Source of the DNA: a virus
Lineage: Duplodnaviria > Heunggongvirae > Uroviricota > Caudoviricetes
Length of the DNA stretch: 64,000 nt
Virus record (IMG/VR): IMGVR_UViG_3300035208_001055
Location: 56,494 to 120,493 of that record
Direction: 5' to 3' (one strand)
Position numbers and translations under genes: made by a program. How positions within the stretch are numbered: position 1 is the first letter of the stretch; every line of letters begins with the position of its first letter. Under the pieces are notes generated by a model. That model was not told the origin of the DNA and searched no databases. It saw nothing but the letters and a program-made list of their open reading frames with translations. Positions 32,634-43,324 of this stretch are shown in pieces.

Positions 32634-35552
32634 TTAGGTCTCCTCCTTCAAGAAGGCCGTTCCAGCGCCAAAAATCTCGCCTTCTTCATCGTACTCGAAA
32701 TCGAACTCAATATCCTTGTCGGAATGTTCTTGATCCCAAATCGACACATCAGATCGAATCGACAAGTAATCAACACCGTTCTTCAACACGTCGGATAAAT
32801 CCTGACCTTCTGGGTAGCTCGCGTCCGCGACCTTGGCCTTAATGCGATCCACCGTCAAGAATCCATCCTCATTGATGCCACGGAAAAAGGAACTCAAAGT
32901 AGTCCAACGATCCGGTTGCTCACCCTTGCTGTCCACAATTCTTGTCTTATGAAGATCAAGAATGATATGGCCAGGAAGATTCGGTGGGTATGCTGGATTC
33001 GACGGCGAAGCAAGAACCAAGTCCAGGTTCAGGTTGGGCTTAACCGTGTGCTGTACTTCCGCGTAATTTGGCAAGACGCCAATTGACTGCGCATTGTAGC
33101 CCACGTCAGTCGGATGACGGTCGCCCCAATCACTGTGTTGTGTAAACACAACATTAGGACCGCCAACAATCACCATATCGCCACCGCCCCAATTTTCAAA
33201 GTAGCCAATAGGTAAAGTACCTGTAGCCCCCATCCCCTCGCCGTCGCCGCCTGCATCACCTGATGCAATCTCATCAGGCGGTGGCCACGTCAGCCAGATT
33301 GGTAGACCCGCAGGCCAGAACCAATTGTACTTCGTCATCTGTCCGGCGCGAATTGGCACGAGACAGGTAAAGTCAATCTGATTCGAGTCGGAATTGTAAA
33401 CAGCTTCCTCCACCAACACCTTAATTGTCCCGGTCGAAATGAAAGACTGGTCGAAATCCAATGTCACGCAGTCAAACGTTTCGAGATTCAGTTTATTCAA
33501 AAACGTGCTAAAGCGTATACGTTTCCAGGTCGAAGATTTCCGAATCAACCAGAATGTCGAGGCTTTATAAATCGTGTCTGGTTGATTGTAGATGTAGAAG
33601 TCGTACTCCTCTTCCACCACACCGTAGCGTTTCACGTTATGCCGAAGAATGATCGTTTTCTCACTCTTATCCTTTTCCCGATCCGTTTGACCGGGGGACC
33701 AACTCATTCGCCACAAGACTTTCATCTTTGTCACAATATCCTCGGTGGCTGTCAACTCTGTTTCAATCCCCGTCTCAGCATCAATATCACTCTCTGTGAT
33801 TGTGTCAACAGATGCCGGTTCCTCGGGTAGATATTGAATATAAAACTTCCCATTGTTAAGCCACAAAGCACATCTCGCTTGGAACGCGATGTCTTGAAGA
33901 ACTTCAACAGTATTCTTCCGATCCAAGATTGGAAAGTTTGCCGGAAATGGTGCCAACTTCGTTCGCACGTATTCAAACGAAACTGTGTCGTATGTCAAGT
34001 CCGTATAATGCTCGATCAGATAGATCAGGATGTCAATAATGTCCGGCCCGACACTCGATTGAAAAGTGACATAGAGATCGTCGGTCCAACCTTGCTCAGA
34101 GTATGAACTCAGTGGCCGTGTTGTCGTAATCTGGACTGTTGAGATAGCACCGTATGTAACATTGCTGATCGTGTAATAGGCCGATGGGACATCTACCAAA
34201 CGACGTTCCCCTGGAAACTCTTTGTAGGCTTTCACCGCGAGTACAGTACCAGGAATGATTGACACGATGTAAGTAATCGGTTCGTTGCTTGATATGCGTA
34301 CTGTCGCGCCTGGCTCCGCCCAAAACTGTTGCATCACAGCCGTGGATGAAATATCCGAAGCACGGCCACCTCCCCCGGCTGGAATCACAAATCCGTGTGC
34401 CCGACACTTACAATTTTCAACACTCACCGCCACACAGGTGCAAGCCACGTCGTAACTATAATCGTAGTCTACATTTTCCGGTGGCATCTCGCCACAGCCC
34501 TCGTCTTTACTGTCTGCCTGCGTGTCAGCTTCGTCCTCACCATCGGGCCAGTATCGACTTGAAATGTAGAAATTCGTTCCACTGAAATAACCAGTAAACT
34601 GCGCTCCATTGATGTCTAGTGTCAACGTCTGATTTTGTGGGAAGTCTTCACCGCCAAGAATCGGCAAAGGATTGGCACCAAGTCCACGGTTTTCGGCGTC
34701 CGCCAACTGGCTCGCTCGCTGCGATGCCGCGCAACTTGCTCGCATAGCCGCGCCTGCGACGATCCTTGCCATTTGATGATACAATTCATTGATCTGGTCA
34801 TTGATAATTTGTCCAGCCTCATTATCATTGCCATAACCATTGCAGTACGCAGCGCAATTCAACACGCCTAACTGTGCCGAAATCAAAGCCAAAGAAACAC
34901 CGATGCTAGTGTCGCTATTGGAACCTGTCTTGAATAGCGGAACACCGGCCGAGGCTCCTATGCCCGCCAAACAGCCAACACCAGCTAAGGTCGCGCCGCC
35001 AACAGCTTCGTTAATCTGAAGTGCCGGGCAATCTAAGACCGTGCCAAAAATCACCGGCCACGGTCGCCCCACCATCGCGGCCGGTAGCCATGTGAATTGA
35101 CCTTCTTCTGGGCTAAACCCGACTTCTTTATCTTCCAACTGTGAAATGATCGTAAACTTCACCGTCCGATCATGTTCACTCCACGAAATCGGCGAGCTAA
35201 TTTTTCCGGCGAACAAGAGAAACTTATCGGTCAGATCGAGCCCATCAAACCACTGATAGACGCGGGCTGTCCGCTTATGGATGTCGTGGGTATCAAAAAT
35301 CGTCTTGATGCTTCCATCCGTGTCATCAAGAACAACTTCAATTTGTTGAGACGTTGTATTGGCTGAGATGCCGACCGCGTTATCGAGTCCGCCTAACTCG
35401 ATTATCTTCCCCGGAGTATCAAGATCAATGTCACGGTCGCCATACCATTTCGGAGAAATACCATCGGCCCAGTCTACTTCGAGAAGTAGAACGGGTTCGG
35501 TTCCGTGGGTCTGTGCCAGCTTCGCAAGTCCTGCTGCTGATATAGTTCGCAT
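32634..35552 (-). CDS. Large tail protein (putative tail tip / host-specificity protein)
   Basis: 972-aa ORF at the distal end of the tail module, downstream of the fibers; no catalytic motif recognised. Confidence 0.45.
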   Translation of the reverse strand: MRTISAAGLAKLAQTHGTEPVLLLEVDWADGISPKWYGDRDIDLDTPGKIIELGGLDNAVGISANTTSQQIEVVLDDTDGSIKTIFDTHDIHKRTARVYQWFDGLDLTDKFLLFAGKISSPISWSEHDRTVKFTIISQLEDKEVGFSPEEGQFTWLPAAMVGRPWPVIFGTVLDCPALQINEAVGGATLAGVGCLAGIGASAGVPLFKTGSNSDTSIGVSLALISAQLGVLNCAAYCNGYGNDNEAGQIINDQINELYHQMARIVAGAAMRASCAASQRASQLADAENRGLGANPLPILGGEDFPQNQTLTLDINGAQFTGYFSGTNFYISSRYWPDGEDEADTQADSKDEGCGEMPPENVDYDYSYDVACTCVAVSVENCKCRAHGFVIPAGGGGRASDISSTAVMQQFWAEPGATVRISSNEPITYIVSIIPGTVLAVKAYKEFPGERRLVDVPSAYYTISNVTYGAISTVQITTTRPLSSYSEQGWTDDLYVTFQSSVGPDIIDILIYLIEHYTDLTYDTVSFEYVRTKLAPFPANFPILDRKNTVEVLQDIAFQARCALWLNNGKFYIQYLPEEPASVDTITESDIDAETGIETELTATEDIVTKMKVLWRMSWSPGQTDREKDKSEKTIILRHNVKRYGVVEEEYDFYIYNQPDTIYKASTFWLIRKSSTWKRIRFSTFLNKLNLETFDCVTLDFDQSFISTGTIKVLVEEAVYNSDSNQIDFTCLVPIRAGQMTKYNWFWPAGLPIWLTWPPPDEIASGDAGGDGEGMGATGTLPIGYFENWGGGDMVIVGGPNVVFTQHSDWGDRHPTDVGYNAQSIGVLPNYAEVQHTVKPNLNLDLVLASPSNPAYPPNLPGHIILDLHKTRIVDSKGEQPDRWTTLSSFFRGINEDGFLTVDRIKAKVADASYPEGQDLSDVLKNGVDYLSIRSDVSIWDQEHSDKDIEFDFEYDEEGEIFGAGTAFLKEET

Positions 35553-35953
35553 TATACCTGCTCCTCTCCCTCAAATTCAATGTCAATCACTTGCGTCTCG
35601 CCACGAGGCATGGGATTGATCGCCGGTGCTGCACGTTCTGTTGTTTCAAATTCAAATGGATTATTCAAAAAGTTGCCAATCCAGACGCGATCATTGTGAT
35701 CGACTATCCGAATCTTCGACGCAAAGTACGAAAAAATAAACGCCCTCAACTCCAAACCCTTTGGACGACTCAATTTGAAATTCCACTTGAGTTTCCGACG
35801 CCCGCCACGTGTCTTCACATAAGTGTACCGAGTGCCATCCATCGCCAACTTACGAGTTACCGTCACAAGCAGCGCTTCTTGATCGCTGAATTGCGGATTG
35901 GGAAGCGCAGTTGTCGTCTGCAACAGAGGGTATGGAGCTTCAAGTCGAAACAT
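35552..35953 (-). CDS. Hypothetical tail-module protein
   Basis: 133-aa ORF coupled to its neighbours. Confidence 0.3.
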   Translation of the reverse strand: MFRLEAPYPLLQTTTALPNPQFSDQEALLVTVTRKLAMDGTRYTYVKTRGGRRKLKWNFKLSRPKGLELRAFIFSYFASKIRIVDHNDRVWIGNFLNNPFEFETTERAAPAINPMPRGETQVIDIEFEGEEQV

Positions 35954-35962
35954 TGATTACCT

Positions 35963-37450
35963 CTACAATTCTGCGTCGGCGATCCATTGGAACCACTGAA
36001 CGTCGTAGATATTGAAATCACCGGCACCAGACGCGATCCCAAAACCATTCATTCCAACTTCAATAATCTGCAACGCGCGATTCGCGTTGAACACTTGAAC
36101 CGTGTTATACTCGCCACTATGCCCAGCCTCACCGTTATAGGGCGAGTATAAAGTCGGCGACACACTTATTCGTTTGGTCGTAGCATACCGAACCATGAAA
36201 TTCTCGACCCACCATGCGTCACGACTACAACTACCAAAGGCACCTGTTCGTGTTGCAGTGGCAGGTGCAATATCGACATTGTAACTCTTCTCATAGTACC
36301 GTTGACAGAGTGCTAATTCGTCGCCATAGAAACGAGGTTTCCAGTCTTGTTCATAGTCAGCGGCCTGTGGATACAATCCGACTTCTGCAACGTCCAATGT
36401 TGTATCCTTCGCCACCACATTCTCGGTCCAAATGAAAACAATAGCATTGTTACATAAAGCACTTATAGTCCCAGACAAACGGACATCAGTTGCCACACCT
36501 GCCGTGAGCACAGTTGAACCGATGGCTGTTACCACCAAATTCGATCCTAAAAAGAAGTTGCCCGGAGTGTAAAGTACACTCGTCCAACTATTCACAACAT
36601 CACTTGTAACGGTATCTGCCGTCCCCGTCCATTCGAGAACCGCGTAGCGAACGGTCTGTGTCACACTCGAAGTGAGAGTTGCTTGAAAACCGACGATGCC
36701 ATCTCGCAGTGATTTTGAATTGTTGTATTCAACAATCTGCAAGAGTCCCATACGCTGTGCCAATGTTTGATGTTGCTTCATCCTACACTGCCACGCAGAA
36801 TATGCAGCGCCAGCTATTCGTGCGACCTGCACGGAGTTACTTTGTGTGAGTACCGCCCAACGATCCGGTCCATACGTGTCGTCCGTTCGAGATGTCAATG
36901 TAGCCGGAGTTTGTCGCTGAAAGAAATCAAAGCCACCATTGATAAGGCGACTGGCCGTAGCCTCTTGGCCCTTTGCTACCCAAGCTAACTTACCGGTGCC
37001 ATCAGTTTCCAGAACCTCACCCGAAACGCCATCCTTAATTGGGAACAGGAAGGGTGGAATCTCAAATTGGTCGCCCGTCGTAAAACGACGTTCTGCTCCC
37101 GCTTCGATTACGATAGGCTTGTAATGTGGATAGACTCGTTCTGTTTGCTCGCTGAGACTTACAACATCAGCGGTATCCACGTTAATAACATTTGTGTCGG
37201 CCGAGGCCAACACTTGAAGATACTGACGTGAAACACGTAGCTTCCCATCACTGGCCCCGAGGGCGTCCGCAAATTGTCTGGAAACTCTAATCGCGCCAAC
37301 ACCAGGGCCAACTCCATTCACGTACTGACGAGTGGCACGAAGTTTTCCGACGCCGGGGCCAACAGTATTAACGTACTGGCGTGTGGCGCGCAGTTTACCT
37401 GCACCGTCACCGAGCGAATCTGCGTATTGTCGTGTTACACGGAGTGCCAT
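35963..37450 (-). CDS. Tail fiber protein with N-terminal RVTRQY repeat module
   Basis: Five ~19-aa repeats ([17 protein letters not shown] / [17 protein letters not shown] ...), also present at the N-terminus of the 38590..41241 product. Confidence 0.5.
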   Translation of the reverse strand: MALRVTRQYADSLGDGAGKLRATRQYVNTVGPGVGKLRATRQYVNGVGPGVGAIRVSRQFADALGASDGKLRVSRQYLQVLASADTNVINVDTADVVSLSEQTERVYPHYKPIVIEAGAERRFTTGDQFEIPPFLFPIKDGVSGEVLETDGTGKLAWVAKGQEATASRLINGGFDFFQRQTPATLTSRTDDTYGPDRWAVLTQSNSVQVARIAGAAYSAWQCRMKQHQTLAQRMGLLQIVEYNNSKSLRDGIVGFQATLTSSVTQTVRYAVLEWTGTADTVTSDVVNSWTSVLYTPGNFFLGSNLVVTAIGSTVLTAGVATDVRLSGTISALCNNAIVFIWTENVVAKDTTLDVAEVGLYPQAADYEQDWKPRFYGDELALCQRYYEKSYNVDIAPATATRTGAFGSCSRDAWWVENFMVRYATTKRISVSPTLYSPYNGEAGHSGEYNTVQVFNANRALQIIEVGMNGFGIASGAGDFNIYDVQWFQWIADAEL

Positions 37451-37523
37451 TCGTCTACCTCTGTCAATGTGGCAGGCGAGTAGATCGAATGTCTCGATCT
37501 ACTCGCACCGCCCACAAATCTTG

Positions 37524-38618
37524 CTACAATCGAATTGGAGGCATGATGTTCAACTGTAGTTCAGTTGTACTGAGTGCCTTTCCAAGTCGTTCGAGATATT
37601 CGCCCGAGCCATCGGGAGGTGTTGCGGTAATTTCACCGGCTGTCGTTTCACTCAAAAAGTAAATCGAGCCAGCCGACAACCCGCCAGTTGTTCCAGCCAC
37701 AGCGTCCCACTGGGTCGTGGTCGCCGTCAACACACCACCAAAACGAACGTTCCCACTCTCAGTTGTCGGAATTGACACATCAGAGACAAGTCCCAACACC
37801 TCAGTCGTCCCCACGGCATCAGCCTTGGCTTTGTCAATGTGTCCATTAGACTTGACATAAACCGGAGCGCAAATCACAATCGAACCGGCATTGTCATTTA
37901 CCTTGGCAACGTCGTCAACTCCGCTGGCACCTGTTGGTCCGGTAGGTCCAGTAGGTCCGGTAGCCCCATCTGGACCTGTCGGGCCGGTGGCCCCATCCGG
38001 GCCTGTTGGGCCTGTGGCTCCATCTGGTCCTGTTGGGCCTGTGGCTCCGTCTGGTCCTGTTGGGCCAGTGGCCCCAGTTTCACCCTGCGGACCTGTGGGG
38101 CCAGTCGCACCGTCCGGTCCTGTCGGGCCAGTGGCACCGTCTGGGCCTGTCGCCCCGTCCGGGCCTGTCGGGCCAGTGGCCCCATCTGGACCTGTCGGGC
38201 CAGTGGCCCCGTCTGGGCCGGTGGGACCTGTTGCCCCAGCGGGACCAGTTGGGCCAGTGGCCCCGGTCTCGCCCTGCGGCCCTGTGGGGCCAGTAGCCCC
38301 ATCCGGTCCTGTTGGGCCGGTGGCACCGTCCGGGCCTGTCGCCCCGTCCGGGCCTGTCGGGCCAGTGGCCCCATCCGGGCCGGTGGGACCTGTCGCCCCA
38401 TCTGGACCAGTTGGGCCGGTGGCCCCGGCGGGACCTGTTGGGCCAGTGGCCCCGGTCTCGCCCTGCGGCCCTGTGGGGCCAGTAGCCCCGTATGCCGGGT
38501 CAATGAAGTCCCCGTCCTGAATCCTCTCAATAAGCCCGTCAGTACCGAGCACCAGCGGTTTCTTTAACGCCATCTTAGCACCCTTTCTCTTAAAGACGAA
38601 TCGGTTCTTCAACCTCAA
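37524..38618 (-). CDS. Collagen-like triple-helix repeat protein (fiber component)
   Basis: About 70 uninterrupted G-X-Y triplets ([10 protein letters not shown]...). C-terminal globular domain ends ...[16 protein letters not shown]...PIRL. Confidence 0.7.
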   Translation of the reverse strand: MRLKNRFVFKRKGAKMALKKPLVLGTDGLIERIQDGDFIDPAYGATGPTGPQGETGATGPTGPAGATGPTGPDGATGPTGPDGATGPTGPDGATGPDGATGPTGPDGATGPTGPQGETGATGPTGPAGATGPTGPDGATGPTGPDGATGPTGPDGATGPDGATGPTGPDGATGPTGPQGETGATGPTGPDGATGPTGPDGATGPTGPDGATGPTGPDGATGPTGPTGPTGASGVDDVAKVNDNAGSIVICAPVYVKSNGHIDKAKADAVGTTEVLGLVSDVSIPTTESGNVRFGGVLTATTTQWDAVAGTTGGLSAGSIYFLSETTAGEITATPPDGSGEYLERLGKALSTTELQLNIMPPIRL

Positions 38619-41241
38619 TGTCTAACGTTTGTGTGGACGTAGCGCGCGCCGCACGCACCACGTAGCCACTGGTTGGAGCCGTCGTCACTAGACGCCCGGC
38701 CGTTGCGGCTGATATAAAATACATCTCACCCGGAGTCAATAAATCGGTCCCAGTGATGAGTGTCCAATTTGTTCTTGTAACTCGGCCTTCTGTCAGGTAA
38801 TATCCTGTGTGCCCGGCGCTTACATCCGCGTACAGCAAACCAATCGCGCCGGAGGCAGGTAAAACGTCCGCCTTTGCAGCATCAATGTGTCCATTTGATT
38901 TCACATAGACAGGAGTGCCAGCAAGCATCGTACTATCGGCCTCAGCATTAAACGCATCATCCGGCATCTCTTCTGGCGGTTCTGGTTCAGCAGGATTCAA
39001 CGATTCGTAATCATGTCGAATCCGCCGCAGAGGAGTACCTGGAATCCACGGGATTGCCTGTGGCGACCATGTTTCATCCAACGCGCCTTCAAAGTTGAAA
39101 CTCGCTGAGTAATTATTGAAACTATCTTCAATGATCGGGTCTTCAGGCGTTACAATGATGCCTCGCCAGTAACGTTGTTCCCAGTCGATCATACCGACTT
39201 CAACGCCGAGATGATCCGTGAAGAAATCGAGAAGGTCCTGTGCCTCGTCCCGCGTGAGTCCTGAGAAATTCAAAACATGTGTTTGGACTTTTGGCCATAT
39301 TGGGTCAGCAAAACTAATTGTCGTACCACCACGGGTCTCACGTAGGATTCGATTGAAAACAAGTTGATCGCGGTTCCCAAGGTTCGGAGAACACAGTGTC
39401 ACGGAATCCGTCACAACGCCCGTCGCTGGATAGACCAGTTGGAATGGGGCTGTGATACCGGGCATCGGTCCCGTCAGTGTTTCCGGTGGTGGTGTCGGTG
39501 CGCCTGCTGCTCCGGTGCCAACGAACGGATGGTAGACCCAAATACAGTCTTCCAGCCGATTGTACCATGCAAGTGACTCACTCAACTCAATTGAATCCGA
39601 CGCCGCAAGATTCCGAACAAGGCTACATGTAGCTTCGTCTGTGAGTTCAAGTTCATCTTCCGTCAGAATCGACGGAACGACAGTTGCTTCCTCTGTCAGT
39701 GAGATTGTGTCGTCAGCATCTAAAACGATGCTATTGTACGCTGCATCCGACAGACTAATCGTATCTGTCGCGTAGACGGCTATAGCATCAGCGCGTATGC
39801 GTATACAAGTTGCTTCTTCCGCAAACGAAAGATGGTCTTCGACCAGCTTTGGTTCAAACTTAACAACCGAAGCAGTCGCCTCATCTCGGAGTCCTTCATA
39901 CGTGATGATCGGTTCAAGTGTGACGGGATCATACGTGGTCCGAATCGTCTGCAAAGAGTCCGACGCATCAAGCCGTTGGAAACCGGGCCACACAGATTCA
40001 GTCAAGGTCGTGATCTGATCTTGAGCATGTCGGTAACGCACGCAACTGGCCACCGCCACGTCACTGAGGCTCAGTACATCGTCAACGGCATGGATAATTT
40101 CAACATCAACGTCTTCACTTAGTGTGAGTGTATCGGCGACAGCACGGCAATGCTCGCCAATAGACTCTTCACTCAGACTCAAGGTGTCTGATGCCTCGCA
40201 AATTCTTTCGACACTCGAAACGACAACTTCACCCAGTGTCAAAGACTCAGTGACATTACGCTCGAACACGCTAGTCAAGGAGGCTACTTCACCCAGGGTG
40301 ATTACATCAGAACAAATCCCAGGACGATCCGCCGTGGCTACTGCCAACTCAGATAAACTCAGCGTATCGACTGCGAATTTTGTAACATCAACATCGGCTA
40401 CTTCCGACAACGAGAGAGTGTCATCACACGTCCGCTCTTTGACAACGACGCCATCTGCTATGTCACTCAGACTAAGATTATCGGATGTATTTTTGTAGAG
40501 AACAAGATCATACGTGACGATTGCGTCAACTACAGTCAACGTATCCGACGCAAAGCACATGCGGTCAATTGTTGCAACAGCCGACTCAGAAAGCGAAAGT
40601 GTATCTATTGCAAGTTTCGCTAGGCTACAAATAGCCTCATCTGTTAGACTCAGCGTGTCAGTGACAGTAGGATATACGAAGCGATGCTGCAACACACCTT
40701 CAGCAAACGTGATCGTATCCGAGGCGCTAAGCGCACGATCAATTGTCATCTGCGCCAAATCAGACAGACTCAACGAATCTGTCACTGCCACAGATAACCC
40801 AGTGGCGCTTGCAACTTCAGTCAGACTGAGAGAATCCGATGCTTGCCGATTGTAGATACTGCCGCCAAGTCCGACACTCTCACTAAGAGTCAGAGTATCA
40901 CTCGTGGATACTCCCGCGTGCTCAATCAGGCACTCGGCTAATTCACTCACAGTCAGAAGATCAGTTACACTCGCCGAGATGCCTTCTTCGACGACAGCGA
41001 GAACGTCAACATACTGACGAGAAACACGAATCGCACCGGCAGCGCCACCCAGTGTTTCCGCAAATTGACGTGAGACTCGAATCTGACCAATCACGCCGCC
41101 GACCGCATTTACATACTCGCGTGTAGTGCGGAGTTGACCGTCAGGACTCCCGACAGCATTAACATACTGACGGGTGGCGCGCAGTTTCCCCGCGCCATCG
41201 CCAAGCGAATCTACGTATTGTCGGGTTACTCGGAGCGACAT
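38590..41241 (-). CDS. Large tail fiber protein with internal SLSE repeats
   Basis: N-terminal RVTRQY repeats; at least 18 degenerate ~17-aa repeats (..DTLSLSE..); C-terminal domain shared with the collagen-like protein ([16 protein letters not shown]...PIRL). Confidence 0.55.
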   Translation of the reverse strand: MSLRVTRQYVDSLGDGAGKLRATRQYVNAVGSPDGQLRTTREYVNAVGGVIGQIRVSRQFAETLGGAAGAIRVSRQYVDVLAVVEEGISASVTDLLTVSELAECLIEHAGVSTSDTLTLSESVGLGGSIYNRQASDSLSLTEVASATGLSVAVTDSLSLSDLAQMTIDRALSASDTITFAEGVLQHRFVYPTVTDTLSLTDEAICSLAKLAIDTLSLSESAVATIDRMCFASDTLTVVDAIVTYDLVLYKNTSDNLSLSDIADGVVVKERTCDDTLSLSEVADVDVTKFAVDTLSLSELAVATADRPGICSDVITLGEVASLTSVFERNVTESLTLGEVVVSSVERICEASDTLSLSEESIGEHCRAVADTLTLSEDVDVEIIHAVDDVLSLSDVAVASCVRYRHAQDQITTLTESVWPGFQRLDASDSLQTIRTTYDPVTLEPIITYEGLRDEATASVVKFEPKLVEDHLSFAEEATCIRIRADAIAVYATDTISLSDAAYNSIVLDADDTISLTEEATVVPSILTEDELELTDEATCSLVRNLAASDSIELSESLAWYNRLEDCIWVYHPFVGTGAAGAPTPPPETLTGPMPGITAPFQLVYPATGVVTDSVTLCSPNLGNRDQLVFNRILRETRGGTTISFADPIWPKVQTHVLNFSGLTRDEAQDLLDFFTDHLGVEVGMIDWEQRYWRGIIVTPEDPIIEDSFNNYSASFNFEGALDETWSPQAIPWIPGTPLRRIRHDYESLNPAEPEPPEEMPDDAFNAEADSTMLAGTPVYVKSNGHIDAAKADVLPASGAIGLLYADVSAGHTGYYLTEGRVTRTNWTLITGTDLLTPGEMYFISAATAGRLVTTAPTSGYVVRAARATSTQTLDIEVEEPIRL

Positions 41242-41258
41242 TCTCTCACCTCACGTCG

Positions 41259-42284
41259 CTAACCGATCTTAATACCAAATTGCGCCGCATTCAAATCAGC
41301 CGTGGCCCAGGCGGCAGCGGTATTAGGATCAGTCTCTAACACCCTCTTAAACGTCACATAACTAGGGGTTCCCACGGACTGTGCCGTGTCATCGCTCTCT
41401 GTTGCCCCCGACTTGCACGGAATCTTGACGCTAAAATTATCTGCGTCTGTTTCTCGACAATCAACCCACGCAATCACGCCATTGATTGTCGTCAATGTTG
41501 TCGCGCCAAAGTTGTAGAGGTCTTTTTGATCCGTCGTGTCGTCCTCTACATAGTCTGTGTCATCATTTGCTATGGCGTCATCGACGCACGTATAGTTGTC
41601 TCCAGCGCTCGGTGAAAGTTGAGTCGAGTCACCGGCCGCATTTGGTCGCAAGGATTCAATCTTAACATTCCCGAGAAAGTCGTTGTTTGCGGCTCCCGAT
41701 GCGTCGCAAATATAAAAATCGTCGTAGTATGAATAGTTCAGCGACGTGGCCGTAATACGAACCCGGTCATGGTAGGCATTTGAGCCAGATTTCGTATCGA
41801 GACCCGTGCCGCTTCCCACCGTCACTCCACCGATGCGAACTTCATACGTACCTGTACTATCGTTGCATTTGATCTTAAACTCAACAAAGTACCAAATACC
41901 AGGACGCATACTCGCACCTGACGTTGTGCCCAATAACGTGCTGTCACGATAAACAGCGATTTCACCAGTGGCACGGAAACGAAAATTCACGCCCGCCGTC
42001 GCTCCATCATACAAAACCATAAATGCGCCTTCATCATACATGCGCGGGAATTTCACAGCTACGCCGATAATCAACGTATCGTTGGTCGTCAAGGCGGGTG
42101 TTTGGATATATGTAGAGCCGTCGTATGCCCAATACATACAGTAGCCGGTCCCAAATCGGCCGGTACTTATTCCCGAGTAGCCAGCTTGCGGTATACCAAC
42201 CCCGTACTTTCGTCCGAGTACGCCGGTCGGCAGAAAGTTGCCAGATGTCCCGTAATCTTCAAAACCATCGAGCCACAGAAGCAT
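41259..42284 (-). CDS. Tail fiber/receptor-binding paralog 1
   Basis: MLLWLDGFEDYGTSG ... AAQFGIKIG. Start moved to the internal Met so it tiles with paralog 2. Confidence 0.5.
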   Translation of the reverse strand: MLLWLDGFEDYGTSGNFLPTGVLGRKYGVGIPQAGYSGISTGRFGTGYCMYWAYDGSTYIQTPALTTNDTLIIGVAVKFPRMYDEGAFMVLYDGATAGVNFRFRATGEIAVYRDSTLLGTTSGASMRPGIWYFVEFKIKCNDSTGTYEVRIGGVTVGSGTGLDTKSGSNAYHDRVRITATSLNYSYYDDFYICDASGAANNDFLGNVKIESLRPNAAGDSTQLSPSAGDNYTCVDDAIANDDTDYVEDDTTDQKDLYNFGATTLTTINGVIAWVDCRETDADNFSVKIPCKSGATESDDTAQSVGTPSYVTFKRVLETDPNTAAAWATADLNAAQFGIKIG

Positions 42285-42294
42285 ATCGCACCTC

Positions 42295-43314
42295 CTAACC
42301 AACTTTGACACCAAACTGCGCAGCATTCAAATCCGTCAATGTCCACGTTGTTGATGTATTTGGATCAGTTTCTAACACACGTTGTTTCGTCACATAACTC
42401 GTCGTTCCAATAGACTGAGCCGAGTCATCATTCTCCGTCGCGCCTGACTTACATGGAGTCTTCAAACTAAACGCAGTGGCGTCCGATTGCCGACAATCTG
42501 TGCAAACCACGACGCCTTTGATGCTGTTCAATGTTGACGCGCCATAATTGTAAAGGTCCTTATGATCGGTTGTGGCATCGCTCACGTAATCCGTGTCGTC
42601 ATTGGCGACAGCCTCATCGACACACGCATAATTACTTCCGGCGCTCGGTGTAAACTCAGTCGTATCACCCGCCGAGTCCGGTCTCATTGTGACAACTTTT
42701 ACATTACCAAGAAAATCATTGTTCAAAGAACCTGATGTGTCGCACACGTAGAAGTCGTCGTAATATGTATGATTACGAGCGCCACAGACGATACGAACCC
42801 GATCATGGTAGGCATTTGAGCCAGCTTTCGTATCCAGACCAGAGCCACTTCCAACCGTCACACCGCCAACGCGAACTTCATACGTACCTGTGCTATCGTC
42901 GCATTTCACTTTGATTTCAATGTAATACCATTTTGTCTGACGTATGTTAGCGCCATTCGTTGTTCCGAGTAAAGTGCCGCCACGATAAATCTCAATCTCC
43001 CCGACAGGTGTGATCCAAAAATTCACTCCCCAAGTCGCACCGTCAAGTAGACTGAGAAATTGATAATTATAGTTGTAATACTTGGGGAATTTTATTGCCA
43101 AGCCAACAACTATTGTTGCGTCGGTTGTCAACGCCGGAGTCTGAATATAAACTCCGCTGTTCCATGTCATGTAGAAACAGTATCCGCCGAAACGTCCAGT
43201 GGAGATGCCGTAAGTGCCGTCAAGATTAGTGGTATACTTGCGCGACATCACGCCCGAAGGCGTGGGCGTGCCCGAGGTTCCATAGTTTTCAAAGCCATCA
43301 GCCCAAAGAAGCAT
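42295..43314 (-). CDS. Tail fiber/receptor-binding paralog 2
   Basis: MLLWADGFENYGTSG ... AAQFGVKVG. Confidence 0.5.
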   Translation of the reverse strand: MLLWADGFENYGTSGTPTPSGVMSRKYTTNLDGTYGISTGRFGGYCFYMTWNSGVYIQTPALTTDATIVVGLAIKFPKYYNYNYQFLSLLDGATWGVNFWITPVGEIEIYRGGTLLGTTNGANIRQTKWYYIEIKVKCDDSTGTYEVRVGGVTVGSGSGLDTKAGSNAYHDRVRIVCGARNHTYYDDFYVCDTSGSLNNDFLGNVKVVTMRPDSAGDTTEFTPSAGSNYACVDEAVANDDTDYVSDATTDHKDLYNYGASTLNSIKGVVVCTDCRQSDATAFSLKTPCKSGATENDDSAQSIGTTSYVTKQRVLETDPNTSTTWTLTDLNAAQFGVKVG

Positions 43315-43324
43315 AGTCCACCTC

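Noticed and set aside
37839-38567. Several long ORFs on both strands across the collagen-like repeat (also 37891..38520 + and 37898..38530 -, and 56724..57635 and 57032..57550 in the second collagen gene)
   Set aside because: The triplet-periodic GGN-CCN-GNN repeat is open in many frames. Only the G-X-Y frame that is continuous with the flanking globular domains and the operon strand is accepted.
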